A stretch of DNA of 64,000 nt from Balanoglossus misakiensis (GCA_040954595.2 CM082578.2:2338831-2402830), one strand, 5' to 3'. Counted from the stretch's first letter, positions 51,241-64,000 are shown. Numbers and translations are program-made. Notes: a model not told the origin generated them from the letters alone.

Positions 51241-51965
51241 TTAACCTCATTATAATATGATTTTGCTTGATAAAGATAAACAATTTCATTTTTTCAAATC
51301 CGTTGTTTGGTTGGGAATAAATCATGCCAGTTCAAGGGCCTCGTCGCGCAATTTTCCAGAACACGCAATCTGAGCTCGTGCCAACGTGTTCTAGAAGTTC
51401 TAAAGTCACGCGATTTTATGCCACCGCCAATATAATTCTTTACTATCAATCACGTGATCTGGCAATGCGTCCCATGGCGCAGTCATTTCCAGATGACGGG
51501 CAAGCAATATTTCGGCATCCAGTAAAAGTTTTTCCGAGTATGTTTTTACTTTAGAACCGCCAAACACATAACATGTATCGGGTATGTTGCCTCATCAGCC
51601 TCATTGCATTTCGTCTGCACAGTCTTTGTCTGCACCACGTAAGTCCACGTTGCTGAAGTTGCCCGTCATCTGGAAATTTGAATGCGAACGTAACTGCCAC
51701 CTGAACGCGTCTGACGTCATTTGATAGCGAAGAATTTATAAAGTGCGTTCTATTCAGGCGCGTTCTCTTCTACATGTTCTATTTCGGTTACTTTTTAAAA
51801 AATATTCACTGTTCAGGGTCCAGGTAATAGGTCTTCTTGTCGAGAATATAAACCCCGGCTCCAGCCAATCAGCGACCTAGATTTACACCAAGCATATTAT
51901 AATTTCTGAATAATCCTTAAGCAGACAGTAGCCTAATTAATATGCACACATCATCATATGCATCA

Positions 51966-54107
51966 TTATTACACCTCACGTATTATGTCGTATTCGTGAT
52001 TGGCTGAGACGCGCTCACGTGACATAGAGAAAAAAGTGATATAACATGGCTAGAGTTGATAAAGCCCTGTCGCGTGCGCTGATATAGCCCGCTGGGTTGT
52101 TTTTTGTGTTCTGCGCACCATTCTGCGCATCAACAAATTGTCGTTCACAACAAACCCTTTCCCTTTAATGCATCACCACTATGGCTTCAAAACGACACGC
52201 TTATTTGACACCAGCTCAACTGGATGATATTTTACTTCAAATGGACAGCAAAAACACGAGAGTAGCGACCACCAATGCAGTATCCGTTTTCCGAAATTAT
52301 CTCAGTGCCAAGTACGGCTATGGTCAGCGGGAGATCGAGACCTTCACAGCGACGACTCTGGACGCAGCCCTGACTACATTCTACGCTGAAGTGCGAACTC
52401 AGAAAGGAGAACTATATACGAACAAGTCTCTTCAATCACTTCGATACGGCATTCAGCAATTTTTCAATCAGCCACCAATGCGCCGAAATTTCGATATAGT
52501 TGATGGCGATGAGTTTTCCAATAGCCGGAAGATGTTTAGTGCAGTTTGCAAGCGACTGAAAAGCCAGGGCAAAGGAAATGTTGTACACAAACCGGCCATA
52601 CTCCCGGGCGATCTCGCTAAACTAGCCACCTACTTCAGTCGCTCGAATACCGACGCAACTTTACTTCTGCACAAGGTATGGTTCGATATCATGTTGTATT
52701 TTTGTCGCCGTGGTAGAGAAGGGCAGCGTGACCTCCGTCCTGAAAACTTTCAGGTTAACACGGACGACCGTGGGAATAAGTACGTGATCCAAGTTGGGAG
52801 CGAGGTGACAAAAAATCACCAATATGATGACGGTGGTGTGTCGGGCGGAATCATGTATGCCAACCCCACCAATTTATCTCGGTGCCCCGTTCGTACCTAC
52901 GAACTGTATATTTCGAAGATAAACCGTAAATGCGACGCACTGTTTCAACGACCACGCGATAACTACAGTAGTGACGACGCTCTGTGGTACGAGAACAAAC
53001 CACTCGGCAAAAATACATTATCGGCGATGATGGCCACTATATCTGCAGCAGCAGAATTAAGTCAACGCTACACAAATCATTGTATTCGTGCCACGTCCAT
53101 CACACTTCTTAGCGAATCCGGCTTCAACAATAGGCAAATCATGAGTGTGAGCCGCCATCGAAACGAAGGGAGCATCACCTCCTATGTCAGGGATACGTCA
53201 ATCCAGCAGAAGAAATTGATGGCAGAAACCCTTTCATCCGCAACAATGACACCATCTGCTGCTGACGAAAATGGTGACCACGGTGCAGCCAACGCCATCG
53301 CAACATCAAGCCCCCCACAACAAGCACATCGCTCACCACTGTCATCCATCATTTCGCAGCCTGCTTTCAGTGGTGTGGCCTAGCCAAATATTAATATACC
53401 CGCACCCAAATCAGATGCAGCATCCCTGTTTGCAGGTGCAACGATCACAGGAGGAAATTTTAACATTTTTCTTGGACAAAAACAATGACAGTATTTCTCT
53501 TTTGTGAAATATGCCCAGTACGTTTATTGTTGGTTTATTGTTGTTTCGTGTTTGGCCATTAAACTGTTGTGGTAATATAAATCCTGACTGTGTGATATTG
53601 TCTTGTATGCTGTGTGAATGTTCGGTGTAATAAAATAAATATTATATTATACCAGTATATTGATGGTGTAAATCACGCTATTTGATTGGTCGAGACACGA
53701 CACGTGACCGTGATATATTAGCCATATACCACAGTCATATATCATAGTCAAAGAAAATGCCTTTTTAAAATGTTTTATGCAAAGTTTCAATATACTGACA
53801 TAATATAATAGCAATAAAACACCCCCAGCCATGGTATACCACTCGATTTTGACCAGTTCAACTCCATATACGCACTCGCTATCGCTCGTGCGTATATGTC
53901 GTGAACTGGTCAAAATCTCGTGGTATACCATGGCTGGGGGTGTTTTATTGCTTAAACACATGATAGCAAGGGCAATATCACAATTAATTTTGTTGCCTGC
54001 CCTCGGGCTGGTGACCATGACCGAAATATTGATGATGCCCGAGCCGAAATGGTCACCAACCCTTGGGCAGGCAACAAATTGTGATATTGCCCTCGCTATC
54101 ATGTGTT
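51966..54107 (+). mobile_element. Crypton (CryptonA-like) tyrosine-recombinase transposon with terminal palindrome and a nested short Crypton-like element (~53645-53951)
   Basis: Short IR TTATTACACC (51966) / GGTGTAATAA (53624) around the YR ORF; palindromes at 53811-53951 and 53955-54107. Confidence 0.7.
52181..53383 (+). CDS. Crypton tyrosine recombinase (DUF3504; related to KCTD1/ZMYM/QRICH1 domains)
   Basis: FYAEVRTQKGELY..SLQSLRYGI, LLHKVWFDIMLYFCRRGRE (R), TKNHQ (K), CPV, WY...PLGKNTL, YTNHCIRAT (HxxR), SRH (H), SITSY (Y). The frame continues past TAG to a TGA at 53488. Confidence 0.92.
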   Translation: MASKRHAYLTPAQLDDILLQMDSKNTRVATTNAVSVFRNYLSAKYGYGQREIETFTATTLDAALTTFYAEVRTQKGELYTNKSLQSLRYGIQQFFNQPPMRRNFDIVDGDEFSNSRKMFSAVCKRLKSQGKGNVVHKPAILPGDLAKLATYFSRSNTDATLLLHKVWFDIMLYFCRRGREGQRDLRPENFQVNTDDRGNKYVIQVGSEVTKNHQYDDGGVSGGIMYANPTNLSRCPVRTYELYISKINRKCDALFQRPRDNYSSDDALWYENKPLGKNTLSAMMATISAAAELSQRYTNHCIRATSITLLSESGFNNRQIMSVSRHRNEGSITSYVRDTSIQQKKLMAETLSSATMTPSAADENGDHGAANAIATSSPPQQAHRSPLSSIISQPAFSGVA

Positions 54108-54924
54108 ATTATTTAACTACAATGAAACAGGTCATCCGCGAACGAGGCTGTAAGGCGTGACTTCCTGACCAGTATGCCAAATCGATCAGATACAAATAGC
54201 TTCACGTCGTGTAAACACCTCGCCGACTGATAAAACCCGGACCGCTTGGCAGCCATACACCCAACGCAATCTTGAACACGATCTGGCTAAATAACACCAA
54301 GTTGTTCGGCCTTAGAGGAAGCAACGAACATAGACAAATGAAATGGGGCGATATGACAACAGCGACAGACGAAAATGTGGAACCTAATCTACAATGAGTC
54401 AAGTCAAGCGCGCACGTCTCTGAAATGTCAGCTGATTGTCAATATGAATACCCATCGTGTCTTTCACTGTCTCTTTGTACAATCATGGAGGTACTAGGTA
54501 CACTCCTGTATTTAATCCTTAATCATGTGGGGTTGTCACAGAGTTCATTGCTTTTAATATGCTTTTTTTGCCAAGATCTCACGAGGATGCTCTTTCAGCG
54601 AAATGACCGGCGACTGGTACTGGCCGAGAATATTGGATCAGGGGATGTATTCAGTGTGTGGGGTCAGCCCGGATCTTATATCTTCCAATAACGCCAGTAC
54701 ACTGTACCGTGACCACAAGGTGTTCAACAAATGTTTTAGAAAAATTCTCGCTGTGCTGTTAGTAGGACGCAGATATGTGTACGTGGACAAGACCACTAGT
54801 CGCTCGGTGATTTTTAAATCTCGTGCATGCTTGCCTTGAGCGTGTTTTTGGTAGTGAGGTGAGTTTCGAATTTGGGACTGAGCTTGTGGTTTCGGATAGG
54901 GTCGCGTTCCCTACACACATGGGC

Positions 54925-57491
54925 TATGGCGCGTAATCGAGGCCAAAATTAACACCTCACTTTTTGAGTGAAACGCATTCGTTTTGAGTGAAACACATTT
55001 GAATCGGACTCAACCTCATTTGATTTGAACGTCAACACTTTTGAATCGCCGAGGACCACATTCCTTTTGAGCTGAAACGCATTTGAATCGGACTCAACCT
55101 CATTTGATTTGAACGTCAACACTTTTGAATCGCCGAGGACCACATTCCTTTTGAGCTGAAACACATTTGAATCGGACTCCCCAGCATTGGCTTTGAGGGT
55201 CGACACTTTTGAATCGGAGGACCACATTCGTTTTGAGCTGACACGCATTTGAATCGGACTCAACCTCATTTGATTTGAACGTCAACACTTTTGAATCGCC
55301 GAGGACCACATTCCTTTTGAGCTGAAACACATTTGAATCGGACTCAACCTCATTTGATTTGAACGTCAACACTTTTGAATCGCCGAGGACCACATTCCTT
55401 TTGAGCTGAAACGCATTTGAATCGGACTCAACCTCATTTGATTTGAACGTCAACACTTTTGAATCGCCGAGGACCACATTCCTTTTGAGCTGAAACGCAT
55501 TTGAATCGGACTCCCCAGCATTGGCTTTGAGGGTCGACACTTTTGAATCGGAGGACTACATTCGTTTTGAGCTGACACGCATTTGAATCGGACTCAACCT
55601 CATTTGAGTTGGGACAAACCATTTTTGACTTGGGGTACACTGCATGTGATTTGAGTGACGATACTCTTGAGTTGAGACAAACCGTTTTTCAGGGTTCATA
55701 CACCTAGAGCAATTCAAAATTCCAGGAGATTTCCAGTAATTTTCCAGGAGTTTTTGTGGTAAAAATGCCATTTTCCAGGATGTTTTACGCAACAAAAAAC
55801 TTTACTATTACTGTTACATTCACATGCACTTGTTATTCTAGTTTAACAAATCATTTAAAGACTTTTGACTGTGATAGTACAAATTTCAATGACCTCCCCA
55901 TGAAGGCCTAGAAAAACAATTTTCACCAAGAGATCTCCTAGGTTCCCAAATCATTTAATATATTTGGCTAAAATTTAAGTGACACCCCCCCCCCCCACCC
56001 TCGGCCGTAAAAACAGAACGGTCCCTAAAGCAATGATTTCTGTCGTGATAAAATCGACAAATTACCGATGGAAATTACTGTTTTGCTGCTGAAAAAACAC
56101 ACAAAAACGTCTGCCTTTTTTGCTTCTTTTTGACGTCACTAATTGCCCTTGAACATCGATCTAACGGGTGTCTGCCGCGGCCGTCTGCACAAGTATTCTG
56201 CAGACGCGCGGAAACATGGCATGACCGCTTACAAAAGTTGCTACATCTTTGTCAAGTTTTAGATATTTTGTTGCGACCGGAATGCTGAGCTGCGTTAGTT
56301 GTTGCAAATTGTGCATTACTACGTCATGATACTATTTATAGGACGCCTGTCTAAAGATAACTGGTGCGCTGAGTGAAATGGGCAACGCGTTTCACGATCC
56401 GGTGAAATGTGATCGTGACTCGCGGTTTTCCAGGAGTTTCAAGGAGAAATTTTGAATTTTCAGGAGTTTCCAGGAGGGGTTTCAAATTCCAGGAGTTTCC
56501 AGGAGCGTACGAACCCTGGTTTTTGAATTTGAGTCCACCGCGTTCCATTTGAGGCTCAACTTGTGAATGGGACACCATCTCATTTGATTTGACTCAGGTT
56601 TTTCTTCCAATTGATTGTACCAGAATGTGGCTCTCCGTAAAACAACCCTTCTTTGTAGTGATTAGCTTTGCCCAGACAACATGGAACGTCACAAAGCGTC
56701 ATGCCCTGTGTCCGATCACTATGCATACTGGGTATGTTTTCTTTTGAAAAGTAGAAATAGACATTACTTTTTTTTCTCTTGTGGGCCTGTCTCATTCTAA
56801 TATAACTTTTTGGGAACTTACATGCGTTGACATGCGTTACCTACGGGCGGGAACCTATTACTGATATGAAACACACAACAATGGTTCCGGGTCAGTCCTT
56901 CCAGACCCCCCAGTTCAGTAACAGAAAACACCTGTATATATTAATGACGTCATGTGACGTAGGGCATGACGCTTTGTGACGTTTCATGTTGTCTGGGCAA
57001 AGCTAATCGCTACAAAGAAGGGTTGTTTTACGGAGAGCCACTTTCTGGTACAATCAATTGGAAGAAAAACCTGAGTCAAATCAAATGAGATGGTGTCCCA
57101 TTCACAAGTTGAGCCTCAAATGGAATGCGGTGGACTCAAATTCAAACACGGTTTGTCTCAACTCAAAAGTATCGTCACTCAAATCAAATGCAGTGTACTC
57201 CAAGTCAAAAATGGTTTGTCCCAACTCAAATGAGGTTGAGTCCGATTCAAATGCGTTTCAGCTCAAAAGGAATGTGGTCCTCGGCGAGTCAAAAGTGTCG
57301 ACGTTCAAATCAAATGAGGTTGAGTCCGATTCAAATGCGTTTCAGCTCAAAGGAATGTGGTCCTCGGCGATTCAAAAGTGTTGACGTTCAAATCAAATGA
57401 GGTTGAGTCCGATTCAAATGTGTTTCACTCAAAACGAATGCGTTTCACTCAAAAAGTGAGGTGTTAATTTTGGCCTCGATTACGCGCGATA
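54925..57491. mobile_element. Foldback-like non-autonomous DNA transposon with TATGG terminus and long repeat-built inverted arms
   Basis: TATGGCGCGTAATCGAGGCCAAAATTAACACCTCAC...GTGAGGTGTTAATTTTGGCCTCGATTACGCGCGATA; 7-bp TSD CATGGGC; ~84-bp tandem repeats in the arms. Confidence 0.88.
55690..56518. mobile_element. MITE with CAGGGTTC termini (hAT-like) nested in the foldback arm
   Basis: CAGGGTTCATAC...GTACGAACCCTG; subterminal TTCCAGGAG repeats; GTTTTT duplicated on both sides; the opposite arm shows the empty site. Confidence 0.8.
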
Positions 57492-57599
57492 CATGGGCCG
57501 AGTTCGATTGTGACCCGAGTAGCTGGCGCTGACGTCATCCCATTCTAGTTAGCATGCGCATAAGAGTAACCCGGGAGAGTTCAAACGAACGCAACCCAT

Positions 57600-57940
57600 G
57601 TACACAAATTTGGCGACTGGGTTTGGAGATTTCTTGTTTTTGCGTACTTTTTTTGAGGATTTTGATGAATCTTTTGCAACTTTGGATAAATACTGCCATC
57701 ATTGCCTCTCTGAACTGTTTATTTTTGCGCCGAAAATACGTTCCGAAGATAAAACATTTTGCCGAAGATATCGTACCACAGTATTCTTTGCAAGATTTTT
57801 GCGTCCATTTTCGTATTTGCAAAGATATCTTCACGTTTGTTCTGGGTCGCATCGCCCACAAACTGGCAATAGAACAATGCTGTGGCCGCCCTCAAGTGTC
57901 TCCAGAAAAACAATTATTGGTATGGATTTGGTACATGTGT
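57600..57940 (+). pseudogene. Harbinger (HARBI1-like) transposase N-terminal fragment
   Basis: PKIKHFAEDIVPQYSLQDFCVHFRICKDIF..VL..I...GRPQVSPEKQLLVWIWYM. Confidence 0.65.
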
Positions 57941-58292
57941 AGAGATTTTACTCTTTTAATATTCGTATTTCAAAGGCGTTTTTGTTTTCTGGTCACCTTT
58001 GCGGTTTCCTGCGCTTGTTTGACTCGTTAAGTGATGATTAGCGGGCACACGCCAAAACGATTAGTTTTTGCAGTTTTATGTGGCGTGCGGACGGCACACG
58101 CCAAAACGATTAGTCTGTATATATAGGCTGGTTTTTCTGCATATGTTTTGTCTCTGTTTACCTGCCGTTGGTTAGCAACCGCAGTTTGATTGACAGCGCA
58201 TTTCTCCATTTTAAGGTAAATTGTAGTGCAAATACGATTTCAAGGGTCAATTAATCCAGAGCTCGGAAATGTCAATGTTTGATAGTATTTCA

Positions 58293-61200
58293 TTTTTAGG
58301 GCCCAAGCGCGCGCAAGCGCTTGGGCCCTATTGGTTTCGTTGGAATTTTTAGGGCCCAAGCGCAAGCCAGCGCTTGGGCCCTATTGGTTTCGTTGGGGTT
58401 TTTTAGGGCCCAAGCGCAAGCCAGCGCTTGGGCCCTATTGGTTTCGTTGGGGTTTTTAGGGCCCAAGCGCACGCAAGCGCTTGGGCCCTATTGGTTTCGT
58501 TGGAATTTTTCTTTCTTGCTGTCTTTAGGGCCCAAGCGCATACCAGCGCTTGGGCCCTATTGGTTTCGTTGGGGTTTTTCTTTCTTCTTTCTTTCTTTCT
58601 TTATTCTTGTGTCAATTCTTTGTCGCTCTAGATCTCAGACACCGCTGCAGGTACACTTCTGAAACTTGCTACAGTGGTCAAGGTCAATGAGTAGTCGTGC
58701 ATTGAACCTGTGAATTTTTAATTAGTCACGTGACCTGGCGGCCATATTGGATTTTCTGAAAAAATGCAAATCTCAGATCTCAGAAACTACAAGTCAGATC
58801 GACTTCAAATTTGGTGTGCAGGTAGTCTACCTTCTACCCATCATTTTTGTAATTGGATATTTTGCTGTAAATGTTGCAGTTTTTTTGCTACAATTTTTTT
58901 TCTGAAATCTGGCTTTAATTTCAAAAATCTTCTTCTCCAGAACCGGTGATAACTGAGTCACGCGGTTTGGGGTATGTGGTCACCTAACAGATGTCTATCA
59001 AGTTTGCGAAGATCATTGTGATTGGTCGAAGATTATGGCGGCCATATTGGATTTTCGAAAAACCATAGTAAAACTTCAAAAATCTTCTTCTCAAGAACGG
59101 GCGATAACCGAGTCACAAGATTTGGTGTGTGTGGTCATTGAACAGGTGTCTATCAAGTTTGCGAAGGGGAATGTGATTGGTCGAAGATTATGGCGGCCAT
59201 ATTGGATTTTGTGAAAAACGATTAAAAAGTAAAAATTCCTTTTCTAGCCTAAAAATTGATAGCACAGAAATTCTTTTTATGGATATGAATCATCATATGA
59301 CAAGAATAAGCTATAAATATTTTGGTAATTTTGGCAATGACCTTTGACCTACTTTTGACGCATCATTTTTCTGCATATCTAATTCCAGGCTTACCAATAG
59401 GGCTATAAGTTTGGTTTTTGATGTATGTGGATTTGTATGTGATCAAAAAATGTTGCTACTTTTCATGACCCCTTTGACCTCTGGTGACCTCATTAAATAT
59501 GCGCATACCTAATTAATAATGAACCAATAGACCTAGAGGTTTTGCTTTTGTTATACATGGACCAGTATGGGGTCAAAATATTTTGCCCAAATGTTGGGTG
59601 ACCTCGGGTGACCTTTGACCTACTTTTGCATATCTCGACATCCACAGCAGATACAACCTTGGCGTTTGGAGGTATGGGGCCATAATGAAAAGCCAAAGTT
59701 TTGGGTCACCTGTGACACCTGCTTAACTCATTATTTATGTGCATACCTAATTCCGGGCTAACCAAAACGGCTAGAGGTCTGGTTTTTGTTGGACATGGAC
59801 CACTATGGGTCAAAATTTTCTGCCCAAATTTTGGGTGACCTCAGATGACCTTTGACCTACTTAACACTATATCAGCACCAAACATAGATATAACCATGAT
59901 ATTTCATGGGATAAAACACAGCATTATATTTCTACTCATTAATTATGTGCATATCTAATAATCTGATCAGATAATAGAGCTTGGGCCCGGACAATGCTGC
60001 TTGCAGCTTTAATTCTTTCTTTCTTTCTTTATTCTTGTGTCAATTCTTCGGCCAACTAAATCTCTGAAACTACTGCAGGTACACTGCTCAAACTTGCTAC
60101 AGTGGTCAAGGTCTATGAGTAGATGTGCAGTGACTTGTGAATACTTAATTAGTCACGTGACCTGGCGGCCATATTGGATTTTCTGAAAAAATTCAAATCT
60201 CAGATCTCAGAAACTACAAGTCAGATCGACTTCAAATATATCAATCGTCATGTGACTAAAATATGTAACAATTTTTTGGCGATTTTTCACATGACCTTTG
60301 ACCTACTTATCACGCGTTATTATTTCTGCATATCTAATTCCAGGTTAAACTATAGGGCTAGACGTTTGGTTTTTGATGAATGTGGATTATTGTGTGATCA
60401 AAATATTTTGCTACTTTTCATGACCCCTTTGACCTCTGCTGACCTCATTAATTATGTGCATAGCTAATTACAGGCGAACCAATAGAGCTAGAGGTTTGGT
60501 TTTTGTTGGACATGGACCAGTATGGGATCAACATTTTTTGCCCAAATGTTGGGTGACCTCTGGTGACCTTTGACCTACTTTCGCATATCTCAGCATCCAG
60601 AGCAGATACAGCCATGGCATTTGGTAGGATGGGACCATAATGTAAAGCCACATTTTTGGGTCACCTGTGACACCTGCTGACCTCATTAAATATGCACATA
60701 CCTAATTACAGGCGAACCAATAGAGCTAGAGTTTTGGTTTTTGTTTGACATGGACCAGTATGAGTAAAAAAAAAATTGCCCAAATTTTGGGTGACATCAG
60801 GTGACCTTTGACCTACTTCACCCTATTTCAGCAGCAAAAATACACATGTCCTTGTTATGTCATGAGATAATACACCCGATAGAAAATTCTGTTTCTTCTC
60901 ATTCATACTGTGCATATATAATTCGAGATCAGCGCTTGGGCCCGGTTTTTTAGGGCCCAAGCGCATACCAGCGCTTGGGCCCTATTGGTTTCGTTGGGGT
61001 TTTTAGGGCCCAAGCGCAAGCAAGCGCTTGGGCCCTATTGGTTTCGTTGGGGTTTTTCTTTCTTTCTTTCTTTCTTTCTTTATTCTCCTGTCCATTTTTT
61101 ATCGCTCTAGATCTCAGACACCGCTGCAGGTACAGTTCTCAAACTTGCTACAGTGGTCTAGGTCAATGAGTAGTCGTGCATTGAACCCATGAATTTTTAA

Positions 61201-64000
61201 TTAGTCACGTGACATGGCGGCCATATTGGATTTTCTGAAAAAATGCAAATCTCAGATCTCAGAAACTACAAGTCAGATTTACTTCAGATTTGGCGTGCTG
61301 GTAGTGTACCTTCTGCCCATCATTTTTGTAATTGGATATTTTGCTGTCAATGTTGCAGTTTTTTTGCTACAGTTGTTTTTCTGAAATCTGGTCAAAATTT
61401 CAAAAATCTTCTTCTCCAGAACCGGCGATAACCGAGTCACGCGGTTTGGGGTATGGGGTCTCCTAACTGAGGTCTATGAAGTTTGCGAAGATCATTGTGA
61501 TTGGTCGAAGATTATGGCGGCCATATTGGATTTTCGAAAAACCATAGTAAAACTCCCAAAATCTTCTTCTCCAGAACGGGCGATAACTGAGTCGCAAGAT
61601 TCGAGGAGTATGGTCACAACACTGATGTCTATCAAGTTTGCAAAGAGCATTGTGATTGGTCGAAGATTATGGCGGCCATATTGGATTTTGTAAAAAGCAG
61701 TGAAAAATTGAAATTCCTTTTCCTAGTCTAAGAATTGATAGCATACAAATTCTTTTCATGGATATCAATCGTGATATGACTAAAATATGTTACAAATTTT
61801 TGGCGATTTTTCACATGACCTTTGACCTACTTTTCACACATTATTTCTGCATATCTATTTCCAGGCTAACCTATAGGGCTAGATGTTTGGTTTTTGATGC
61901 ATGTGGATTAGTGTGTGATCAAAATATTTTTGCTACTTTTCATGACCCCTTTGACCTCTGTTGACCTCATTAATTATGTGCATAGCTAATTACAGGCGAA
62001 CCAATAGAGCTAGAGGTTTGGTTTTTGTTGGACATGGACCAGTATGGGATTAAAATTTTTTGCCCAAATGTTGGGTGACCTCTGGTGACCTTTGACCTAC
62101 TTTCGCATATCTCAACATCCAGAGCAGATACAGCCTTGGGATTTGGCAGGATGGGACCTAAATGTAAAGCCAAATTTTTGGGTCACCTGTGACACCTGCT
62201 GACCTCATTAAATATGCACATACCTAATTACACGCGAACCAATAGAGCTAGAGTTTTGGTTTTTGTTGGACATGGCCCAGCATGGGTCAAAATTTTTTGC
62301 CCAAATGTTGGGTGACCTCAGGTGACCTTTGACCTACTTCACCCTATTTCAGCAGCAAAAATACACACATCCTTGTTATGTCATGAGATAATACATCCGA
62401 TAGAAAATTCTGTTTCTTCTCATTCATACTGTGCATATATAATTCAAGATCAGCGCTTGGGCCCGACAATGCTGCTCGCAGCTTTAATTCTGTCTTTCCT
62501 TCTTTCTTTCTTTCTTTCTTTATTCTTCTGTCATTTCTTTGTCGCTCTAGATCTCAGACACCACTGCAGGTACAGTTCTCAAACTTACTACAGTGGTCAA
62601 GGTCAATGAGTAGTCATGCATTGAACCCATGAATTTTTCATTAGTCACGTGACATGGCGGCCATATTGGATTTTCTGAAAAAATGCAAATCTCAGATCTC
62701 AGAAACTACAAGTCAGATTTACTTCAGATTTGGTGTGCTGGTAGTGTACCTTCTGCCCATCATTTTTGTAATTGGATATTTTGCTGTCAATGTTGCAGTT
62801 TTTTTGCTACAATTTTTTTTCTGAAATCTGGTCAAAATTTCAAAAATCTTCTTCTCCAGAACCGGCGATAACCGAGTCACGCGGTTTGGGGTATGTGGTC
62901 ACCAAACTGAGGTCTATCAAGTTTGCGAAGATCATTGTGATTGGTCGAAGATTATGGCGGCCATATTGGATTTTCGAAAAACCCTAGTAAAATTTCAAAA
63001 ATCTTCTTCTCAAGAACCGGCGATAATTGAGTCACAAGATTTGGTGTGTGTGGTCATTAAACAGATGTCTATCATGTTTGCGAAGAGGAATGTGATTGGT
63101 CGAAGATTATGGCGGCCATATTGGATTTTGTGAAAAACAATTAAAAAGTAAAAATTCCCTTTCTAGCCTAAAAATTGATAGCACAAAAATTCTTTTTACG
63201 GATATGAATCATCATATGCCAAGAATAAGCTATAAATATTTTGGTAATTTTGGCAATGACCTTTGACCTACTTTTGACACATCGTTTTTTCTGCATGTCT
63301 AATTCCAGGCTAACCTATAGGGCTATCATTTTGGTTTTTGATGTATGTGGATTTGTATGTGATCAAAAAATTTCGCTACTTTTCATGACCCCTTTGACCT
63401 CTGCTGACCTCATTAAATATGCACATACCTAATTACAGATGAACCAATAGACCTAGAGGTTTGGTTTTTGTTGGACATGGACCAGTATTGGGTCAAAATT
63501 TGTTGCCCAAATGTTGGGTGACCTCGGGTGACCTTTGACCTACTTTTGCATATCTCGACATCCACAGCAGATACAGCCTTGGCGTTTGGAGGTATGGGGC
63601 CATAATGAAAAGCCAAAGTTTTGGGTCATCTGTGACACCTGCTTAACTCATTATTTATGTGCATACCTAATTCCGGGCTAACCAAAAGGGCTAGAGGTCT
63701 GGTTTTTGTTGGACATGGACCACTATTGGTCAAAATTTTCTGCCCAAATTTTGGGTGACCTCAGATGACCTTTGACCTACTTTTGCATATCTCGGCATCC
63801 AAAGCAGGTACAGCCTTGGCATTTGGAGATATGGGGCCATAATGAAAAGCCAGAGTTTTGGGTCACCAGTGACACCTGCTTAACTCATTATTTATGTGCA
63901 TACCTAACTCCGGGCTAACCAAAAGGGCTAGAGGTCTGTTTTTGTTGGACATGGACCACTATGGGTAAAATTTTCTGCCCAAATTGTGGGTGACCTCTGG
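58293..64000. mobile_element. Head-to-tail array of Helentron/HINE-like elements with tandemly amplified terminal hairpins
   Basis: TTTTTAGGGCCCAAGCGC...GCGCTTGGGCCCTA hairpin x5 (58293-58580) and x2 (~60946-61050). (TTTC)n follows each start. Distal subTIR GCTTGGGCCCG at ~59979, ~60933, ~62455. Internal ~240-bp repeats. Confidence 0.8.

Larger units (their letters stand above)
47790..51903 (-). mobile_element. Non-autonomous Crypton-like element whose terminal palindrome has two nested insertions
   Basis: Palindrome GAGGTTATAAACGG...(49338-49508)...CCGTTTATA..ACCTC. Body bounded by ATTATAATATG (~51249) and CATATTATAAT (~51893), with CCAATCAG near the far end. Confidence 0.5.

Noticed and set aside
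54949-57400. Repeat-protein ORFs (KSNEVESDSN...)
   Set aside because: Chance open frames in 84-bp tandem repeats, present on opposite strands in the two arms.

Overview
Animal genomic DNA, probably a marine invertebrate deuterostome (the 5S sequence looks hemichordate-like; this is inference). It is almost entirely repeats and transposons. 1-15.67 kb is a tandem 5S rDNA array (10 genes, minus strand; ~1.06-kb and 481-bp units), interrupted by a Helentron-type non-autonomous element and a CACTG-ended EnSpm-like element. 16.6-20.6 kb is a truncated element with a TACGG terminus. It carries a spliced, frameshifted gene that joins a TDP-43 N-terminal domain to a HECT E3 ligase, the most unusual feature here. 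24-39 kb holds an RTE-X LINE, MITEs and a ~540-bp tandem array with a tRNA-like Pol III cassette, hit twice by one Tx1 LINE family, plus an L2 fragment. 43-47.5 kb holds pseudo-exons of a large extracellular protein and a THAP/ISL2EU-Harbinger relic. 47.8-54.1 kb is a cluster of Crypton (tyrosine recombinase) elements with long palindromes and nested insertions. 54.9-57.5 kb is a foldback-like element, and 58.3-64 kb is a head-to-tail array of Helentron-type elements. All calls come from reading the sequence by eye; no database searches were run.
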